A stretch of 64,000 bases of DNA from Candidatus Latescibacterota bacterium (GTDB lineage: Bacteria; Latescibacterota; UBA2968; GCA-2709665): the NCBI GenBank assembly GCA_965222075.1, contig OZ244937.1, forward strand, positions 1,120,001-1,184,000. Direction: 5' to 3'. The position numbers and the translations under genes are program-made. Shown here piece after piece: positions 58,967 through 64,000 of the stretch (its first letter is position 1; each line of letters starts with the position of its first letter). The notes beneath the pieces were generated by a model, which was given only the letters and a program-made list of their open reading frames with translations, did no database searches and was not told where the DNA came from.

Positions 58967-60376
58967 ATGAAGATGCATGTTGATGGAGAGTGGGTGGACA
59001 GGTCGGAGAAGATTGAGGTCCGGAATCCGTTTGACGGCACGGTTGTGGATACCGTGCCCAGATCCGAGGAAAGAGACGTTCAGGCGGCTCTGGCAGCTGC
59101 GGCTCGAGGCGCCGAGATTATGGCTGCAATGCCGGGGTACGAGCGGTACATCATCCTCCACAAAGCGGCTGAGCTGATGGAAGAGCGGGTGGAGGAGTTC
59201 GGGCGTACGATTACTTTGGAAGAGGGGAAGGCAATCGCCGAAGGCAGGGGGGAGGCGGCCCGGGCGGCTGAGACGATCACGCTGTCGGCAGAGGAGGCCA
59301 AGCGGCTTTGCGGGGAGACCCTGCCGCTGGACGGGTCGTCGGCAGGGGAGGGGAAGTTCGGATTTACCCTCCGGGTGCCCTGCGGGGTGGTGGTGGCCAT
59401 TACGCCGTTCAATTTTCCGCTCAACTTAGTCTGTCACAAGGTAGGACCGGCGCTGGCGGCCGGGAATGCTGTGATCATCAAACCGGCGACGGACACGCCG
59501 CTGTCGGCCCTTAAGTTGACCGAGGTCCTTTTAGAAGCGGGGACACCGCCGGAGGCGATTCAGTGCATCACGGGGTCTGGAGCGATGATTGGAGACTCCC
59601 TGTGCAGCGATGGGCGGGTGCGGAAGATCTCCTTTACGGGCAGCCGGGATGTGGGGGAGCATATCTGCCGTGTGGCCGGCCTGAAGAAGGTGACGATGGA
59701 ACTGGGATCCAATTCGCCTTTGATTGTGATGCCGGATGCCGATCTGGAGAAGGTGGCTGCGGCGACGGCGGCGACGGGGTTTTCCAATGCCGGTCAGGTC
59801 TGTATTTCCGCCCAGCGGGTGCTGGTCAATCAGGCGGTGTACGGAGATTTCATCGGCGCCCTCAAGGAGAAGGTAGAGGCCATCCAGCCGGGCAACCCGC
59901 TGGATGAATCGGTGGGCATGGGGCCCATGATTCGAGAGGGGGACGCGGTGCGTGTGAACGAGTGGATCCGGGAGGCCCAGGACGGGGGCGCCCGGATTGT
60001 GACCGGGGGCGCGCGTGAGGGCACCATGCACGCGCCCACAATCGTTGCCGATGTGGATCCCAAGATGCGGATCTCCTGCGATGAGCTGTTTGGCCCGGCA
60101 GTGGCGCTTACCCGGTTTGAGGCGATCGATGAGGCCATTGCGATGGCCAACAACACGAACTACGGGCTGAGCGCAGCGCTTTTTACAGAGAAACTGGACT
60201 GGGCGATGCAATTTGTGCGGAAGGTCCACTCGGGCAATCTGATGATCAACTGGGGGCCCCAGTGGCGGGCAGATCTGATGCCCTATGGGGGGTTGAAGGA
60301 GAGCGGGATGGGGAAGGAAGGACCCAAGTATGCGGTAGAGGAGATGACGGAGTTGAAGCTGGTGGTGTTTCACTAA
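58967..60376 (+). CDS. Aldehyde dehydrogenase family protein
   Basis: ITPFNFP, KPA, SFTGS, MELG, NAGQVC, ELFGP, PYGG.K.SG.G.EG. Confidence 0.92.
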   Translation: MKMHVDGEWVDRSEKIEVRNPFDGTVVDTVPRSEERDVQAALAAAARGAEIMAAMPGYERYIILHKAAELMEERVEEFGRTITLEEGKAIAEGRGEAARAAETITLSAEEAKRLCGETLPLDGSSAGEGKFGFTLRVPCGVVVAITPFNFPLNLVCHKVGPALAAGNAVIIKPATDTPLSALKLTEVLLEAGTPPEAIQCITGSGAMIGDSLCSDGRVRKISFTGSRDVGEHICRVAGLKKVTMELGSNSPLIVMPDADLEKVAAATAATGFSNAGQVCISAQRVLVNQAVYGDFIGALKEKVEAIQPGNPLDESVGMGPMIREGDAVRVNEWIREAQDGGARIVTGGAREGTMHAPTIVADVDPKMRISCDELFGPAVALTRFEAIDEAIAMANNTNYGLSAALFTEKLDWAMQFVRKVHSGNLMINWGPQWRADLMPYGGLKESGMGKEGPKYAVEEMTELKLVVFH

Positions 60377-60438
60377 AGGCAGTCAGGAGTTGTGAGTGGC
60401 GAGGAGGCGGGACACTTGTGCCTCGCTACCTGGAACTG

Positions 60439-60485
60439 GAAAAAATCGGGGCACGGCCTTCAAGCCGTGCCCGGTCTTTTTCTTT
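60439..60485. terminator. Bidirectional terminator
   Basis: A-run, gggcacggc-cttcaa-gccgtgccc, T-run between convergent genes. Confidence 0.7.
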
Positions 60486-60572
60486 GCAGGTCGTCCTATG
60501 CGTTTAGAGGACCGCCCGGCTGTTGCGGGTGCTGTGCGTCCGGCTCCGCTGCCTGGGGGCCGCTTCTTGTGT

Positions 60573-60863
60573 TTACAGCGGTTCGTGCAGGGCCTTTTTG
60601 ATCAGTACGCCAGCCTTGAAATAGCTCTTTTTGCGGGCGGGGACATAGACGATCTCTCCTGTTCTGGGGTTGCGGGCAGCGGGTTTGGGTTTTGTGTCTT
60701 TGACCCCCAGCACGCCAAATCCCCGGATCTCGATCCGATCCCCTGCGATGAGACTTTCGCGCATCGCCTTAAACAGGGTGTCTACAACCTCATAGGCCAG
60801 TTGTTTTTTGACGCCGAGTTTCTCGGAGATCTCGATCGCGAGATCTTTTTTTGTTGTGGTCAT
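60573..60863 (-). CDS. HU/IHF family DNA-binding protein
   Basis: TKKDL, RIEIRGFG, ARNPRTGE, FKAG. Confidence 0.92.
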   Translation of the reverse strand: MTTTKKDLAIEISEKLGVKKQLAYEVVDTLFKAMRESLIAGDRIEIRGFGVLGVKDTKPKPAARNPRTGEIVYVPARKKSYFKAGVLIKKALHEPL

Positions 60864-61328
60864 TGTACCCTCCCTTAATTTGAAACAAGCCGAAGTATAA
60901 TATAGAATTAAAACACGGGGTGACGCAAGATAAAAATTTACCAGGGTCTACGCCTGTTTGAAGGGTGGGGAAAAATGTACTGTTGAACCCTTTTTTTGGG
61001 CTTAACCTGTTGATTCTATTTTTTTTATGTAATATTACGCGATGGTGTCGGTTCTGATGACGTTCGCCGATCTTCCCAATTGCCTTGACATTTTTTTGCA
61101 CCAGAATTAGTTTACTGCCGAATTCCGTATACAGGAGCCAGTAGAAAATTTGCCCTTTATTCTGCGTTCGGTTCGAAGCGGTTGTAGATGTGGGGCGTAG
61201 AGGTTCAGGTCCGCAAAGCCGGAGACTTGATTTAACTGGCTGAAATGTAATATATTATACGATGTCGATACCGGTTGATGACAATCTTGTTCCGTCATTT
61301 CCAGCTTTCCAGATAAAGGTACCGCCTC

Positions 61329-64000
61329 ATGCAGACCGCTGGCCCTCAAACATGTCACCGCTTTCAATTCTTCCTCTTCCTGCTCCTCTTCCTGACCTCT
61401 GTTTCTCCCGCCCTCGCCGTGGACACCCTCCAGGTCTCCTCGCCCGATCGGGTGCTGGAGCCGTGGCGGTGGACGGTGTTCAACCGGAGCAACGGGCTTG
61501 CGGGACAGGTGTATGACATCTTTGAGGATCGGGACGGGAATATCTGGTTTGCCACGGACCGGGGGGCACAGCGCTACGATGGGATCCGGTGGGTGACGTA
61601 CACGAAAGAAGACGGGCTGGCCCACAATGACGTGCGCACGATGATCCAGACGCAGGACGGGGCGATGTGGTTCGGGACGTACGGCCGGGGCATCAGCCGG
61701 TTTGATGGGACGACCTGGACGACCTATACGGCGGGGGACGGGCTGGCGAGCGATCGTATCTGGTGGCGAGGGCTGGTGCAGGCACAGGACAGCTCCCTCT
61801 GGGCGGCAGGCGACAGAGAGGAGGCGAATGGAGGACAGGCAAGCGGGGTCAGCCGGTTTGATGGGGCGACCTGGACGACGGTTGAGGTGCCCAGCGGCCC
61901 TTATCCTCTGGATGTGAACAGCATCTTCGAGGCGTCCGATGGGGCGCTGTGGTTTCCGACCTGGGGGCAGGGGGCGCTGCGGTTCAACGGGGTGGAATGG
62001 ACGCGGTTTACAACCGGGGAAGGGCTGGCCGGGGATGTGGTGCTCCAGATGCTGGAAGGCTCCGATGGAGCGCTGTGGTTCGCCTGCGGCCGGGACGGGA
62101 TCAGCCGGTTCAAGGAGAAGCGATGGAAGACGTACACGGCCCGCAACGGACTGCCGGAAGGGACCACCATTGGGGCCCTCTGGATGACGGATGACGGCAC
62201 GGTCTGGGCCGGAATCGGGGACGGGCGGATCAGCCGTTTCGACGGCGACCGGTGGAGGACGTACAGTTCCAGGGATCTGCCCCAGTTGGGTACCAGATTG
62301 CACGGCCAATCGACACGGGACGGCGTGTTCTGGGTCTGGGGGCGAGGGAAGGACAGCGTGTTTCGGCTGGACTATGCGAGTTCAAAATGGAAGGTCTTTG
62401 ACCTGGAGGACCCTCTGTTTGGAGGTGCTGAGACTGCCGACGGTTGCATCTGGTTTGGTACCTGGCGCGGTGCGGTGCGCTACGACGGCGCCCACTGGCT
62501 TCGGTATACCGCAACGGATGGGCTGCTGGATGCCCGAATCTACCGCATGCAAAAAACAGACGATGGCTCCCTCTGGTTCTTTGCCGCGGCATTTGGGACG
62601 TTCCGTGGGGTGAGTCGATACGAGAACGGCGCCTGGCTGCAATACCCCCCAGAGGCGATGGGGCTGGACAGCGCGGGAGGGGTGTTTCGGGCAGCGGACG
62701 GTTCGTTCTGGGTGATTGGAAGTTCAGACGGAAGCAGTGCGGCCAGTCGGTACGATGGGCAGGCGTGGCAGGTTTACACGCGTGAAGACGGGCTTGTGGG
62801 CACGCGTTTGAGCCATATCTACCAGACGGAAAACGGAGATCTCTGGTTTGGCGCAGGTCCGAGGCGGCGCATGCCGGAAGGGAGCGGCGTGCTGCGATTT
62901 GACGGGGAGCGCTGGACCGTTTTTACCACGGAAGACGGCCTTGCCCACAACCATATCTACGGCCTGTTTCAGTCGCCGGATGGAGCGCTGTGGGTGGGCA
63001 CCCAGGCCGGACTGAGCTGGTTCGACGGGTCGGCGTGGCACAGCTACACGTACGAGGGGGGCCTCGCCGGTGAGAGACCCGGGGGGTTTACGGTAGGCTA
63101 TGAAGATCTCTGGTTTCATTATATACGTTCGCTCAGTTCGGGCGTCACCCGCTACGACGGGGCGACCTGGAAGACCTACACCACACGGGACGGCCTGGTG
63201 GACAACCGGGTGGGGGACATCTACCGGGCGTCCGATGGGGCGCTCTGGTTTGCCACGGAGGGAGGGGTGAGCCGGTTCGATGGTGCAAGCTGGATAAGCT
63301 ATACGGAAGAGAATGGGTTGCCGGACAACACCGTCCGGCGCATCTGGCAGTCTTCAGATGGGAGGATGTGGTTCGAGACACGGGATGGAAAGGCGGCCGG
63401 GTTCACCATTGACAACGTTGGCCCGGAGACGACGATTGCTTCGGCGTCCGGGGAGATCTCCTCGGGGGGAAATATCCTCTTGAGGTGGTCCGGGCGCGAC
63501 CTGTGGGAAGGCACGCCGCCGGGAGATCTGCGCTACCAGTGTCGGATGGACGGCGGTGCGTGGTCGCCCGTGACGGACCGGACAGATTTGACGTTTACGG
63601 GGCTTTCGTCCGGGCAGCACCGGTTTGAGGTGCGGGCTGTGGACCGGGATCTGAATGTGGACGCCACGCCGGCGGTGCGCGCATTTGCCGTGGAAGCGCC
63701 CTGGTGGAAACACCCCTGGGTGCTGGGCCTCGTGGCGGTTTTTGTGGGGGTGACAGGCTTCCAGGCGTCCCGGCTTGTGGCGAGCAACCGGAAGCTCAAA
63801 GAGGTCAATGCGGCGCTGTCGAAGGCGAATAAGGGCCTGTTTGAGGCCAATGTGCAGATCCAGGAGGCGAACCGGCTGAAGTCACAGTTTTTGGCGAATA
63901 TGTCCCACGAGGTGCGCACGCCGATGAACGCGATTATCGGGTTCACCCGGCTGGTGCTGCGGCGAGGCGCAGACCGACTGTCCAAACAGCACCAGGACAA
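61329..64000 (+). CDS. Two-component sensor histidine kinase with periplasmic beta-propeller (Reg_prop) repeats; 3'-truncated, absent from ORF track
   Basis: Manual reading: signal peptide, repeated 'DGxxWFxT..G..RFDG..W..YT..DGL', TM (PWWKHPW...), then [27 protein letters not shown] (HisKA). Confidence 0.9.
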   Translation, partial: MQTAGPQTCHRFQFFLFLLLFLTSVSPALAVDTLQVSSPDRVLEPWRWTVFNRSNGLAGQVYDIFEDRDGNIWFATDRGAQRYDGIRWVTYTKEDGLAHNDVRTMIQTQDGAMWFGTYGRGISRFDGTTWTTYTAGDGLASDRIWWRGLVQAQDSSLWAAGDREEANGGQASGVSRFDGATWTTVEVPSGPYPLDVNSIFEASDGALWFPTWGQGALRFNGVEWTRFTTGEGLAGDVVLQMLEGSDGALWFACGRDGISRFKEKRWKTYTARNGLPEGTTIGALWMTDDGTVWAGIGDGRISRFDGDRWRTYSSRDLPQLGTRLHGQSTRDGVFWVWGRGKDSVFRLDYASSKWKVFDLEDPLFGGAETADGCIWFGTWRGAVRYDGAHWLRYTATDGLLDARIYRMQKTDDGSLWFFAAAFGTFRGVSRYENGAWLQYPPEAMGLDSAGGVFRAADGSFWVIGSSDGSSAASRYDGQAWQVYTREDGLVGTRLSHIYQTENGDLWFGAGPRRRMPEGSGVLRFDGERWTVFTTEDGLAHNHIYGLFQSPDGALWVGTQAGLSWFDGSAWHSYTYEGGLAGERPGGFTVGYEDLWFHYIRSLSSGVTRYDGATWKTYTTRDGLVDNRVGDIYRASDGALWFATEGGVSRFDGASWISYTEENGLPDNTVRRIWQSSDGRMWFETRDGKAAGFTIDNVGPETTIASASGEISSGGNILLRWSGRDLWEGTPPGDLRYQCRMDGGAWSPVTDRTDLTFTGLSSGQHRFEVRAVDRDLNVDATPAVRAFAVEAPWWKHPWVLGLVAVFVGVTGFQASRLVASNRKLKEVNAALSKANKGLFEANVQIQEANRLKSQFLANMSHEVRTPMNAIIGFTRLVLRRGADRLSKQHQD

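Noticed and set aside
61107-64000. Minus-strand ORFs at the right end
   Set aside because: Shadows of the + strand histidine kinase, which lacks a stop inside the window
1-64000. tRNA or rRNA genes, intact transposases or integrases
   Set aside because: None recognised by eye; a tRNAscan-SE/Infernal run would be needed to exclude small RNAs fully

Overview
Bacterial chromosomal window, GC-rich. The FlgD/'PNPFN'-type C-terminal domains, cohesin/dockerin modules and heparinase suggest a Latescibacterota/FCB-adjacent lineage (inference only). (1) 1-14.6 kb: the 3' part of tuf followed by the S10-spc-alpha ribosomal cluster (rpsJ to rplQ, secY, rpoA), including an unannotated rpmJ. (2) 14.6-19 kb: housekeeping genes (GHL10 hydrolase, rlmD-like, greA, DapA family). 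(3) 19-33.3 kb: an accessory/defence-like island. It holds a 153-bp tandem REP-like array, an FRG-TPR gene split by a 236-bp MITE, an AbiV-like HEPN gene, and a wHTH + class III cyclase-like + type IIG/ISP-like R-M cluster. It also holds IS debris, an orphan antitoxin and a ~1350-aa HigA-nuclease-like fusion. (4) 33.3-48 kb: amt, a porin-like gene, glutamate dehydrogenase, an RraA-family gene, purL, a heparinase II/III-like gene, bamD and nadD. (5) 48.4-57 kb: adjacent dockerin-bearing and cohesin-bearing lamin-tail-domain surface proteins; one internal repeat copy is full of small deletions and is probably an assembly artefact. (6) 57-64 kb: PP2C phosphatase, an internally deleted SDR, ALDH, HU/IHF and a truncated propeller-sensor histidine kinase. 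The most striking signal read directly from the sequence is a family of 21-33 bp palindromes (CCTGYCT(G)C...GCAGRCAGG), with 10 copies seen. They insert with no clear target-site duplication, both into REP hairpins (filled and empty sites lie side by side) and in frame inside the core gene purL.
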